DNA from: Alphaproteobacteria bacterium
Lineage (GTDB): Bacteria > Pseudomonadota > Alphaproteobacteria > UBA828
Direction: 5' to 3'
Assembly (NCBI GenBank): GCA_965214705.1
Contig: OZ243972.1
Location: 1,088,001-1,152,000 of the forward strand
DNA: 64,000 bases
Made by a program: the position numbers and the translations under genes. Of this stretch, positions 21,158 to 30,113 are shown piece by piece (position 1 is the stretch's first letter; every line of letters begins with the position of its first letter). The notes beneath the pieces are model-generated. The model searched no databases and was not told where the DNA came from. It saw nothing but the letters and a program-made list of their open reading frames with translations.

Positions 21158-21826
21158 GTGGTCATCCTCGGCCTCACCGGCTCCATCGGCATGGGCAAGA
21201 CCACCGTTGCGAACGCCCTGCGCGATTCCGGCGCCACCGTCTTCGACGCCGATGCGGCGGTGCACCGGCTGCTTGCGGCCGGTGGCGCTGCGGTGGCGCC
21301 GGTGCTGGCGCGCTTTCCCGATGCCGGGATGGGCGAGGGTGCAGCGCGCGCGGTCGACCGGGGGGTGCTCGGCGCGACGGTCTTCGCGGATCCCGAAGCC
21401 TTGGCGGAACTCGAGGCGATGCTGCACCCCCTGGTCCGTGCGGGCGAGCGGCACTTCCTCTCGGCCAGCCAGCGCCGCGGCTGCCGTCTCGCGGTGCTCG
21501 ACGTGCCGCTGCTGTTCGAAACCGGCGGCGACGCCCGTTGCGACGCGACGCTGGTGGTCTCGGCACCTGCCTTCGTACAGCGCGCGCGGGTGCTGGGCCG
21601 GGCCCGGATGACCGAGGAGCGGCTGGCCGCTATCCTCGCTCGTCAGATGCCGGACTGGGAGAAGCGCCGGCGCGCGGATTTCGTGATCCGCACGGGGCTC
21701 GACAGACGGGTCTCGCGGCTCGCCGCGCGGCGGATCGCGGCCCGCCTCTCCAGCGAGCGCGGCATCCGCTGGCCGCGCTGCTGGGCCGGCGCGCTGGTGC
21801 AGGCTGGAGGACGTGGCCATGCGTGA
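21158..21826 (+). CDS. coaE: Dephospho-CoA kinase
   Basis: GLTGSIGMGKTT, DADAAVH, DVPLLFE, RQMPD. Confidence 0.95.
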   Translation: MVILGLTGSIGMGKTTVANALRDSGATVFDADAAVHRLLAAGGAAVAPVLARFPDAGMGEGAARAVDRGVLGATVFADPEALAELEAMLHPLVRAGERHFLSASQRRGCRLAVLDVPLLFETGGDARCDATLVVSAPAFVQRARVLGRARMTEERLAAILARQMPDWEKRRRADFVIRTGLDRRVSRLAARRIAARLSSERGIRWPRCWAGALVQAGGRGHA

Positions 21827-22496
21827 GGTCGTGCTCGACACCGAGACCACCGGCATCGATCCGGTGGCAGGCCACAGGATCGTCGAGGTCGGTGCGGTCG
21901 AGCTGGTCAACCACATCCCTTCCGGCCGGCGCTTCCAGCGTTATCTGGACCCCGAGCGTGACATGCCGGAGGACGCCGAGCGCGTGCACGGGCTCACCCG
22001 CGCCTTCCTCGCCAAGCACCGGCGCTTCGCCGACGAAGTTGAGGCGCTGCTCGCTTTCATCGACGATGCCAAGCTCGTCATGCACAACGCGCCCTTCGAT
22101 CTCGGCTTCCTCAATGCCGAGCTGGAGCGCATCCGCAGGGCCCCGATCCCGGCGGAGCGGACGGTGGATACGCTCTCCATTGCGCGGCGCAAGTATCCTG
22201 GCGCGCCGGCGAGCCTCGATGCGCTCTGCAAGCGCTTCGGGATCGACCGGTCGATGCGGGAGAAGCACGGCGCGTTGCTGGATGCCGAGCTGCTCACCGA
22301 GGTCTATCTGGAGCTTACCGGCGGCCGCCAGCCTGGGCTCGAGCTGCAGCGGGCGGCGCCGGTGCGGGACGCAGCGCCCGTGCCCCGTGCCGACCGTGCG
22401 GCGCGTGCGCCGCGGCCGCACGAACCCACTGCGGAAGAGGTGGCGGCCCATGCCGCCTTCGTCGCCACCCTCAAAGACCCGATCTGGAACGACTGA
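21819..22496 (+). CDS. dnaQ: DNA polymerase III epsilon subunit
   Basis: MREVVLDTETTG, HNAPFD, HGALLDAELLTEVYLEL. Confidence 0.96.
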   Translation: MREVVLDTETTGIDPVAGHRIVEVGAVELVNHIPSGRRFQRYLDPERDMPEDAERVHGLTRAFLAKHRRFADEVEALLAFIDDAKLVMHNAPFDLGFLNAELERIRRAPIPAERTVDTLSIARRKYPGAPASLDALCKRFGIDRSMREKHGALLDAELLTEVYLELTGGRQPGLELQRAAPVRDAAPVPRADRAARAPRPHEPTAEEVAAHAAFVATLKDPIWND

Positions 22497-22589
22497 GGGG
22501 AGGGGACCGGGGCGGGCGTGGCGCCGCCTCGACACCCTACCGGCAATGCGGCAGGATCGCGCGGCTGTTGCGAAGAGGGAGAGGCCGCC

Positions 22590-23324
22590 ATGACCTACAC
22601 AGTGCTTGCCAGCAATCCGGACACCGGCGAGATCGGAATCGCGTCCACGACAATCACGATCAACTTCAGCCGGACCTTCCCGGTGCACCGGCACCTCGTG
22701 CCCGACCTGACGGAGCGGGGGATCATCGTTGCCCCGATGGCGACCATCCATCCGCAGAACGGCCACCGGCTCTGCGATCTGCGGGATGCCGGGGTCGGCT
22801 GGGACGACATGGAGGCCGAGCTGGAGAAGCACGATGAGCACTGGAGCTGGCGGCAGATCGGCGCGGTGACGGCCACCGGCGAGACCTGGGTCCGCACCGG
22901 GTCTGACGCCTGGAACCACGCGAGCCATGTCGTGGCCGAGGGCTCGATCGCGATGGGCAACTACATGGATGGCCCCGGACCGGTGCAGGCGATGGCCAAG
23001 GCGCTTGAGGACAACCGGGGCGAGGCGATGGACGAAAGGCTGCTGCGCGCCATAGAGGCTGGCAAGGCCGCCGGCGGGCAGGGTCAGCCGGATCTCGGCC
23101 CGGTGCCGGAATCCTGGGCGATGATCCAGGTGTTCAACGGCAAGCAGCCGTGGCCGGCGGTCGACGTGCGGGTGGACTTCGACGTAGACCCGGTGCCGAA
23201 GCTGCGGCGCCTGGTCACGCAGCTCAAGAACATGGACAAGGTGCTGCACACGATGTCGTTCGACCCGTCGCGGACGTTCGACGTCTACGGCGTGGTCTTC
23301 GACATGTACAACGCCCAAGTTTAG
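22590..23324 (+). CDS. DUF1028-like Ntn-hydrolase family protein
   Basis: MTYTVLASNPDTGEIGIAS, WRQIGAV, GN, RLLRAIEAGKAAGG, DVRVD. Confidence 0.75.
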   Translation: MTYTVLASNPDTGEIGIASTTITINFSRTFPVHRHLVPDLTERGIIVAPMATIHPQNGHRLCDLRDAGVGWDDMEAELEKHDEHWSWRQIGAVTATGETWVRTGSDAWNHASHVVAEGSIAMGNYMDGPGPVQAMAKALEDNRGEAMDERLLRAIEAGKAAGGQGQPDLGPVPESWAMIQVFNGKQPWPAVDVRVDFDVDPVPKLRRLVTQLKNMDKVLHTMSFDPSRTFDVYGVVFDMYNAQV

Positions 23325-23360
23325 CTCGGTTCCCCGGCTTCCGGGGCGCAGGCGAGCCTG

Positions 23361-24212
23361 TCAACCGATCCGGGCCATCACCCCGCCGTCGACCGGGAGC
23401 GCCACGCCGGTGATGAAGCGGCCGGCGTCGGAGGCGAGGAAGAGCGAGGCCTGGGCCACGTCCCAGGCGCTGCCCATGCCGCCCCTGAGCGGGCTCCAGG
23501 TGTCGCGGTCGGCGGCGATCTCCTCGCGCGGCTTGCCGTAGCGGCGGGCCTGCGTGTCCACCGCCATGGGCGTGTCCATGTAGCCCGGCAGGATGGCGTT
23601 CACGCGCACACCGTCGGGCGCGCAGTCGAGCGCAAGCTGTCGGGAGAAGGCGATCATCCCCGCCTTGCTGGTCTTGTAGGTGACCGACTTGTAGTCGACC
23701 ACGGCTGCAATCGACGAGATGTTGGTGATCACGCCGCTGCCCTGGCCGCGCATGACCGGGACCACGTGCTTGCAGGCCATCACCGTGCCGCGCAGGTTGA
23801 TCGCCATCACCCGGTCGAAGCTCGCCTCGTCGAGGTCGGCGAGCGGCGAATCCCCGCCGGTGTAAGCGACGCCCACGTTGTTCTGCAGCACGTCGATGCG
23901 CCCGTGCCGCTCGACGACCGAGCGGACGACAGCGAGCAGCGCCTGCTCATCGGTCACGTCGGCGACCATCGCCTCGGCGGCACCGCCTTCCGCCTGGATC
24001 ATGGTGGCAGTTTCCTCGGCGGACTTCCGGTCGCGGTCGAGTGCGACCACGTGCGCGCCGGCGCGGGCGAAGAGCACGCAGGCGGCGCGGCCGTTGCCGA
24101 TCACCGGCCCTGGCGTCTGGCCGGCGCCGGCGACGATCGCGACCCGGCCGTCGAGGCTCAGCGTCGGGCTTTGCCAGGGCGCCGCGATGGCGGCAGGGGA
24201 AGCTTCGGTCAT
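23361..24212 (-). CDS. Short-chain dehydrogenase/reductase
   Basis: GAGQTPGPVIGNG, NNVG, YKTSK, RVNAILPG. Confidence 0.9.
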   Translation of the reverse strand: MTEASPAAIAAPWQSPTLSLDGRVAIVAGAGQTPGPVIGNGRAACVLFARAGAHVVALDRDRKSAEETATMIQAEGGAAEAMVADVTDEQALLAVVRSVVERHGRIDVLQNNVGVAYTGGDSPLADLDEASFDRVMAINLRGTVMACKHVVPVMRGQGSGVITNISSIAAVVDYKSVTYKTSKAGMIAFSRQLALDCAPDGVRVNAILPGYMDTPMAVDTQARRYGKPREEIAADRDTWSPLRGGMGSAWDVAQASLFLASDAGRFITGVALPVDGGVMARIG

Positions 24213-24365
24213 GGCGATACTCAGGCGGTGGCGGAGGCAGCGCGGGAAGGCTGTGAGCGTGCCCGCAGCTTGTCAAGGCAGGCGGTTGCGCCGCGGCGCA
24301 GTGCGTGAGAGCGTGCGCCGCGCTTCACACGCCGCGATCAGACACCGAACCGGGAGCAGTTAGCC

Positions 24366-25202
24366 ATGAAGATCGGCGCCGTCATCTTCGCCACAGACTA
24401 TTGCATCGCGCTGACCGAGCTCGCGCCTGCGCTTGAGGAGCGGGGGTTCGACTCGCTCTTCGTGCCCGAGCACACCCACATCCCCGCCAGCCGGCGCTCG
24501 CCCTGGCGGGGCGGCGGAGAGCTGCCACGGGAATACTCCCACACGCTCGACCCGTTCGTGGGCCTCGCGGCGGCTGCGGCGGTGACCAGCACGCTCCGCC
24601 TCGGCACCGGTATTTGCCTCGTGACCGAGCGCGACCCCATCGTCACGGCGAAGGCGGTGGCGAGCCTCGATCTGGTCTCCGGCGGGCGCTTCGACTTCGG
24701 TATCGGCGCGGGCTGGAATGCGGAAGAAATGGAGCACCACGGCACCCGCTTCGAGACCCGCTTTCGGGTCATGGAGGACCGGGTCAAGGCGATGCAGGCA
24801 CTCTGGGCTGCGGACGAGGCGAGCTACGAGGGCGAGTTCACGTCCTTCGAGCCGAGCTGGTCCTGGCCCAAGCCGGTGCAGAAGCCACATCCGCCGATCC
24901 TGCTGGGCGGCGAGTCCGTGCACACGATGCGCCGGATCATGGACTTCTGCTCGGGCTGGTTCCCGCGCGGCCCGCTTCTGCCCGATCCCGCAGACGGCAT
25001 GGCCAGGCTCCGCGCCGCCGCCGAAGAGGCCGGACGCGACCCGGCCACGGTGTCAGCCACGGTCTTCGGCGCCAAGCCAGAGGAAGGCTATCTCGCGGCC
25101 TGCCGGGAAGCCGGGATGGACCGTGCGCTGCTGATCCTGCCGCCGGACGGACGCGACGGGGTGATGCCGGTCGTCGATCGCTACGCGGCGCTCATCGGCT
25201 GA
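24366..25202 (+). CDS. Luciferase-like (LLM) oxidoreductase, F420-dependent-type family
   Basis: EERGFDSLFVPEHTHIP, AKAVASLDLVSGGR, GIGAGWNAEEM, PKPVQKPHPP. Confidence 0.88.
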   Translation: MKIGAVIFATDYCIALTELAPALEERGFDSLFVPEHTHIPASRRSPWRGGGELPREYSHTLDPFVGLAAAAAVTSTLRLGTGICLVTERDPIVTAKAVASLDLVSGGRFDFGIGAGWNAEEMEHHGTRFETRFRVMEDRVKAMQALWAADEASYEGEFTSFEPSWSWPKPVQKPHPPILLGGESVHTMRRIMDFCSGWFPRGPLLPDPADGMARLRAAAEEAGRDPATVSATVFGAKPEEGYLAACREAGMDRALLILPPDGRDGVMPVVDRYAALIG

Positions 25203-26676
25203 GCGAACGCCGGCCGAGGTGGGCCGGAGTCAACGAGCGAAAAGCCTCTCTCGCAGCCTCGGCGCCGAGTGCCCCCCAGAGCGCGCCGCCGAGCACGGCA
25301 CCCCCAAGCGCACCCCATGGCTTGCGATCCGCAAGCGGCTGCACGGCGCCGCGCCTGCCCTTGACGCGGACCTTGAAGGATTCGGCCGGCGCGGGCACGG
25401 GGAACTGCGTGGTCTTCAGGCTGTAACCAGCCCGGTCGAGGTCGAGGTCAACCTCGTGCAGGATGGTCGCCATAGTCGCGGCGATCTGCACCTCGGCGAA
25501 GCCGTTGCCGAGGCAGCGATGGGGGCCGAGGCCGAAGGGCGCGTAGACGTAGGGCTGCTTGTGCTCCGCCCGCTCCGGCGTGTAGCGGTCGATGTCGAAG
25601 CGCTCGGGCTCGGGGAAGTATTCCGGCAAGTAGTGCGGCACGGCGGTGGCGATGATCAACCGCTCGCCGGCGGGGATGCGATGGCCTGCGAACTCGAAGG
25701 AGTTGGCAGCGGTGCGGATGAGCATCGGGGTCACCGGATACATCCGCATGGTTTCCATGGCCGCGCGGTGCGTCGCGTCCATCTCGCGCAACGCCTGCTC
25801 GGCCGGCGCGTCGCCGTTGAGGAGGGCGTCGGCCTCCTCCCGCACCTTCGCCAGCACGTCCGGGTTGCGCAGCAGCGCGTACAGCATGAAAGCGGAGGTG
25901 CCCGCCACCGTGTCCAGCGCCGCGACGAAGGGGCCCATCGCTGCGATCTTCAGGTCCGCCTCGGGAAAGAACTTCGGGTCGGCGTCGTGCAAGTCCAGCA
26001 GGTCGTCGATCAGGTCCGGCTCCGCGCCGTGCCGCTCCCGCATCGTGCCCGTGTGGCACTCGATCACCTCGTGGTAGAGCTTGTCCACCTGCGCCGAGGC
26101 GCGGCGGAAGCGCGGCGACCAGCGCACATAGGTGCCGGGGACCAGGGTGGCCGAGAGCAGCCCGTGAACGTAGCGGACCAGGTCGTCGTTGTAGGGGCGG
26201 GGCGAAACGCCAGCCACCAGGGTGCCCACCTGGTCGGTAACGATCCGCTGCAGCGCCGGCACCGCAGGCATGGGCCGGTCGGCGGGCCATGCGTCGATCT
26301 CCCGGCGGGCGATGTCAACCAGGCCGTCGATGTGCTCCAAGGCGTACTCGCGGGAATAGCCCCGCCGTAGCGTGCGGCGAAATGCCGCGTGGTCGGGTCC
26401 GTCGGCGCTCAGCGTCGACCGCGCGGCGCCGAACCAGGCGTTGAAGCCGCTCCAGAACTCGAACGAGCGAACGTGCTTCGTGCCCTCCCGCGCGAGGAAG
26501 CGGTTGGCCTCCATCCCTGCCAGCACGGTGAAGCGCCGGTTGAGCAGCCGCATGCCGTAGACCGGCCCGAGTTCCAGGTAACTGTCGGTCATGAAGGCGC
26601 GTATGTCGCGCGCCATGTCGAAGACGCTGCCGACGACCGGCAGGCCCCGCGCCAGCGGAATCGTCGAAGACGCCAT
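25192..26676 (-). CDS. Cytochrome P450
   Basis: I-helix AALDT, ETMR (ExxR), PERF, heme motif FGLGPHRCLG. Confidence 0.92.
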   Translation of the reverse strand: MASSTIPLARGLPVVGSVFDMARDIRAFMTDSYLELGPVYGMRLLNRRFTVLAGMEANRFLAREGTKHVRSFEFWSGFNAWFGAARSTLSADGPDHAAFRRTLRRGYSREYALEHIDGLVDIARREIDAWPADRPMPAVPALQRIVTDQVGTLVAGVSPRPYNDDLVRYVHGLLSATLVPGTYVRWSPRFRRASAQVDKLYHEVIECHTGTMRERHGAEPDLIDDLLDLHDADPKFFPEADLKIAAMGPFVAALDTVAGTSAFMLYALLRNPDVLAKVREEADALLNGDAPAEQALREMDATHRAAMETMRMYPVTPMLIRTAANSFEFAGHRIPAGERLIIATAVPHYLPEYFPEPERFDIDRYTPERAEHKQPYVYAPFGLGPHRCLGNGFAEVQIAATMATILHEVDLDLDRAGYSLKTTQFPVPAPAESFKVRVKGRRGAVQPLADRKPWGALGGAVLGGALWGALGAEAAREAFRSLTPAHLGRRSLSR

Positions 26677-26947
26677 CTCCCAGCCCTCTGCGGTCGTGCC
26701 CCTGCCCCTTGTCCCGCGGGGCGGGCGGGCTACAGGGTACCGCCGCCTGCTCCTATCATGGGGTGGGTGACGACCGAATACCAGCACTTCCGCTATGTCG
26801 GAAGGCGCGCCCCGGTATGTCGCCGGCGGGCGAACCGGGTGGCGCGAGAACTCGGGCTATTCTGGCTTGTCGCTGCCTCTGTCCGGACTGTTCGGGGGTG
26901 CGCCGCCCGTGCTATAGGCGCGCGCCGACTTCAGGGAGAGAAACACG

Positions 26948-27286
26948 ATGGACGTGACGGTCGAGCGGCAGGACAGCGTGTTGATCGCCCGCGTGAACGG
27001 GCGGATCGATCCTAAAGGCGCCGGGTCGCTGGAGACGACGATCACGGCGGCGCTCCAGAATGGCGACCATGCCATCATCCTGGACTTCGAGCAGCTCACC
27101 TATATTGGTAACGTCGGCGTTCGGGCGCTGCGGATCACCGCTAGGGTCCTGCGCGACCGAGACGTCCGCATGGCCGTCTGCGCGCCGCAGGGTGTCGTCG
27201 CCGCGGTCTTCTCAGGCGGCGGTGTGGACAGGCTCATCGCGGTCTACCAGACCAGGGCCGCGGCGCTCGAGGCCCTCGACGACTGA
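26948..27286 (+). CDS. STAS-domain protein (anti-sigma factor antagonist)
   Basis: VNGRID, ILDFEQLTYIGNVGVR; GGGAGAG RBS. Confidence 0.85.
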   Translation: MDVTVERQDSVLIARVNGRIDPKGAGSLETTITAALQNGDHAIILDFEQLTYIGNVGVRALRITARVLRDRDVRMAVCAPQGVVAAVFSGGGVDRLIAVYQTRAAALEALDD

Positions 27287-27511
27287 CTGGGCGCCGCGGT
27301 CTTCTCGGCCGCCCGCCACAGCGAAGGGGAGGATGGCCGCCGAATTGCAGCCCCTCTGGTATGCCACTCGCGCATATGTGACTGCCCGCGGGGTTGGCAC
27401 GCGCTATGATCGTTCGTATCGTTCCGCCCCGTCCGGTAGCAGGGACTGGGCGAGGACATGAGATTTCCCACGGGGGCCCAGAGCGGCGCCCGCCCTCCCA
27501 GGGGGTAGAGA

Positions 27512-27724
27512 GTGGACGCGGCACGTATCGTCATCGAGGTCCTGCAGTACTACGGCTATGTCGGGCTCGCCGTCACGGCCGCGTTTCTGCTCTATGGCAT
27601 CGAGCGGGTGGATGAGGGCGCGCGGCGCTCCTACGCTTTTCGGCCGCTGCTCATCCCCGGCTGCATCGTGCTCTGGCCGCTGGTGATCTGCCGCTGGGTC
27701 GCGGCGGAACGGCAGCGCGGCTGA
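27512..27724 (+). CDS. Small two-helix membrane protein
   Basis: 70 aa, two hydrophobic stretches, FRPLLIPGCIVLWP; first gene of a tight operon. Confidence 0.7.
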   Translation: MDAARIVIEVLQYYGYVGLAVTAAFLLYGIERVDEGARRSYAFRPLLIPGCIVLWPLVICRWVAAERQRG

Positions 27725-27737
27725 GCGGTCCCTCGCC

Positions 27738-27917
27738 ATGCAGCGCCGCCACCGCACTGCCCATGCCTACATGTGGAAGGTTCTCGCGGTCTTCCTGCCC
27801 GCGATGCTGATCGCGGCGCTCGCCATTCGCCAGCACGGGCCGACGGAGAAATCCGCCGTCCAGATCGAAAAGCCCGGAGCGCAAGCCGAAGCGCCCGCCG
27901 CCACGGCGGACGAGTAA
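27738..27917 (+). CDS. Small single-pass membrane protein (59 aa, absent from ORF track)
   Basis: MQRRHRTAHAYMWKVLAVFLPAMLIAALAIRQ...ATADE; fills the gap with 13- and 15-nt spacers. Confidence 0.7.
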   Translation: MQRRHRTAHAYMWKVLAVFLPAMLIAALAIRQHGPTEKSAVQIEKPGAQAEAPAATADE

Positions 27918-27932
27918 GGAGGCGGCTGAGCG

Positions 27933-29015
27933 ATGAGCGTGCGTTACGCGCCGGTCGGCTGGAACCGCAACAAGACCGTCTACGACGTCATGGTGCTCGC
28001 CGCCGCCGTTGCCTACATCCTGCTCTACATCAAGATCGCGCCGGGCTTCCAGGACGTCACCAAGCCGACCAGCGGGGCGATCCTGCGGGCGCAGGCCTTC
28101 GGCACCTGTGCCTTCCTGATGCTCACGTTCATCCTCTGCATCGGGCCGCTCGCACGCCTGGATGCGCGCTTCCTGCCGCTGCTCTACAACCGTCGCCACT
28201 TCGGCGTGATCACGTGCGCCATCGCCTTCACCCATGCCACGCATGTGGTCAGCATCTATTACTCGTTCAGCCCGCTGAACAAGTACGTCGCGGTGCTGGC
28301 GAGCAACACGAGCTACGACCGCTTCCTCGGCTTCCCGTTCGAGACCTTCGGCATCTTCGCGCTCTTCCTGCTGCTGGTGCTCGCGGCCACGAGCCACGAC
28401 TTCTGGCTCAAGTTCCTGACACCGCCGATCTGGAAGGCGATCCACATCTCGGTCTACGTCGCCTATGCGGCGATCGTCTGCCATGTGGCGCTCGGCTCCC
28501 TGCAGTCGAAGCAAAGCCCGCTGCTCGCGGTCATTGTGGGCTTGAGCGTGGTGGCGGTCACCGGCCTGCATCTGGTCGCCGGGCGTATCGAGCGGCAGAA
28601 GGACCGCAACACGGCGGAGAGCGCCGAGGAGAGTACCGACGAGGAGCCCTGGGTCGTCGCCGGCGATGTGGACTCCGTGCCCGATGGCCGCGGCATCGTC
28701 GTGCCGCTGGAGGACGGCGAGCGCGTCGCGGTGTTCCGCTACGACGACAAGCTGTCGGCGCTCGCCAACGTCTGCGCCCATCAGAACGGGCCGCTCGGCG
28801 AAGGGCGCATCATGGACGGTTGCGTGACCTGCCCGTGGCACGGCTTCCACTACCGGCCGGAGGATGGCTGCGCGCCGCCGCCCTTCACCGAGAAGGTCGC
28901 GACCTATCGGCTCAAGCTGGACGGCCGGCGGATCCTGCTCGACCCGCGGGCCAACGAGCCCGGCACCTATGTCGAGCCCGTGCGCATCGCTCCCCCGAGC
29001 GTGACGGAGGCGTAA
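27933..29015 (+). CDS. Ferric reductase/MsrQ-like heme-b membrane domain fused to a C-terminal Rieske [2Fe-2S] domain
   Basis: About 6 TM helices with LYNRRHFGV, ATSHD, WKAIH..CHVALG; Rieske CAHQNGPLGEG..CPWHGF; AAGGAGG RBS. Confidence 0.88.
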   Translation: MSVRYAPVGWNRNKTVYDVMVLAAAVAYILLYIKIAPGFQDVTKPTSGAILRAQAFGTCAFLMLTFILCIGPLARLDARFLPLLYNRRHFGVITCAIAFTHATHVVSIYYSFSPLNKYVAVLASNTSYDRFLGFPFETFGIFALFLLLVLAATSHDFWLKFLTPPIWKAIHISVYVAYAAIVCHVALGSLQSKQSPLLAVIVGLSVVAVTGLHLVAGRIERQKDRNTAESAEESTDEEPWVVAGDVDSVPDGRGIVVPLEDGERVAVFRYDDKLSALANVCAHQNGPLGEGRIMDGCVTCPWHGFHYRPEDGCAPPPFTEKVATYRLKLDGRRILLDPRANEPGTYVEPVRIAPPSVTEA

Positions 29016-29016
29016 C

Positions 29017-29805
29017 ATGGCAGGCAGGGCGCGTGATCCCGGCTTCTTCGTCGGCTACCTGAACAACGTGCCGCGCCCGCTCGCGATCTTCCTGGTGGTC
29101 GGTGCTGCCGTGCTCGTGGGCGGCATGGCTGGACTGGCCTTCGCTCTCGGCACCAACGTCAACGACCCCGGCGACGGCACGTTCGCCCGCAAGCTCGGAA
29201 AACAGGAGATGACCGGGGTTCTGCTGGAGAAGCCCTATCCGATCCTCCGCGTGCGCCCGGACGCGAAAAATCCCGAAGCCCGGACGATCATGCTCACCGT
29301 GCCCGGCAAGCGCAGCGTCAAGCGCCGCGGTCGCAAGCTCTTCGACCAGCTCGTCGACGTGAAGGGCTTCATGTTCCAGCGCGGCGACATCGACATGCTG
29401 CAGGTCCAGGGCAAGGGCGCGCTGAAGGCCGTGGAGGTCGCCGAAGGGGAGCCGCCGCCCGAATTCACCCCGGCGCCCGCAGAATCCCTCGGCCGCTGGC
29501 GCCTCATCGGCGAGATCTGCGACAGCAAGTGCCATCTGGGCGCCATGCGGCCGGGCGACGGGCTCGCGCACAAGGCCTGCGCCAATCTCTGCATCTCCTC
29601 CGGCGCACCGCCGATCTTCGTCACGGCAGACGAAGGCGCGGTCGAGGGCGAGACCTTCCTGCTGATGGCCGATCAGGACGGCGGGCCGCTCCCCGATCAC
29701 TTCGGCGACTATGTGGCGATCCTCATTCAGCTCGAAGGCGAGGTCGAACGGCTCGACGATCTGCTGGTCTTCAAGGTCGATATCGACGCGGCCAAGGTGT
29801 TCTGA
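29017..29805 (+). CDS. Membrane-anchored Cys/His-rich hypothetical protein
   Basis: N-terminal TM; motif GEICDSKCHLGAMRPGDGLAHKACANLC; 1-nt gap to upstream gene. Confidence 0.8.
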   Translation: MAGRARDPGFFVGYLNNVPRPLAIFLVVGAAVLVGGMAGLAFALGTNVNDPGDGTFARKLGKQEMTGVLLEKPYPILRVRPDAKNPEARTIMLTVPGKRSVKRRGRKLFDQLVDVKGFMFQRGDIDMLQVQGKGALKAVEVAEGEPPPEFTPAPAESLGRWRLIGEICDSKCHLGAMRPGDGLAHKACANLCISSGAPPIFVTADEGAVEGETFLLMADQDGGPLPDHFGDYVAILIQLEGEVERLDDLLVFKVDIDAAKVF

Positions 29806-29808
29806 GCG

Positions 29809-30060
29809 ATGAAGCGAGTCGCCTGGATTATCGCCGGCGCGATCGTAACCGCAGGCCTCGGCTACGCCTCCTACTGGGTCTATCTGGAGGTGCAGCAGCA
29901 GGTTCGCGGCACGCTCATTTCAGGCTTCGGCATCTTCGTCGGCGTCATGGGTGCCTTCGCCATGCTCGGCGTGGCCCACATCGTCTTCACCTACGCCGAG
30001 CGCCTGCTGTGCAAGCGCAAGACGCCCCCGGCCGAAGACAAGACTCCAGAGGGCGCGTGA
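29809..30060 (+). CDS. Small two-helix membrane protein
   Basis: 83 aa, two hydrophobic segments, 3-nt gap to upstream gene. Confidence 0.65.
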   Translation: MKRVAWIIAGAIVTAGLGYASYWVYLEVQQQVRGTLISGFGIFVGVMGAFAMLGVAHIVFTYAERLLCKRKTPPAEDKTPEGA

Positions 30061-30113
30061 CGATCGAATAGACGCGGCACGCGAGCCGTTCAGTGGCGGG
30101 AGGCAGGGTCCCC

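Noticed and set aside
20149-22593. 814-aa alternative-frame ORF across aroE-coaE-dnaQ
   Set aside because: Arg/Gly/Ala-rich, no motifs, overlaps clear core genes; high-GC shadow ORF
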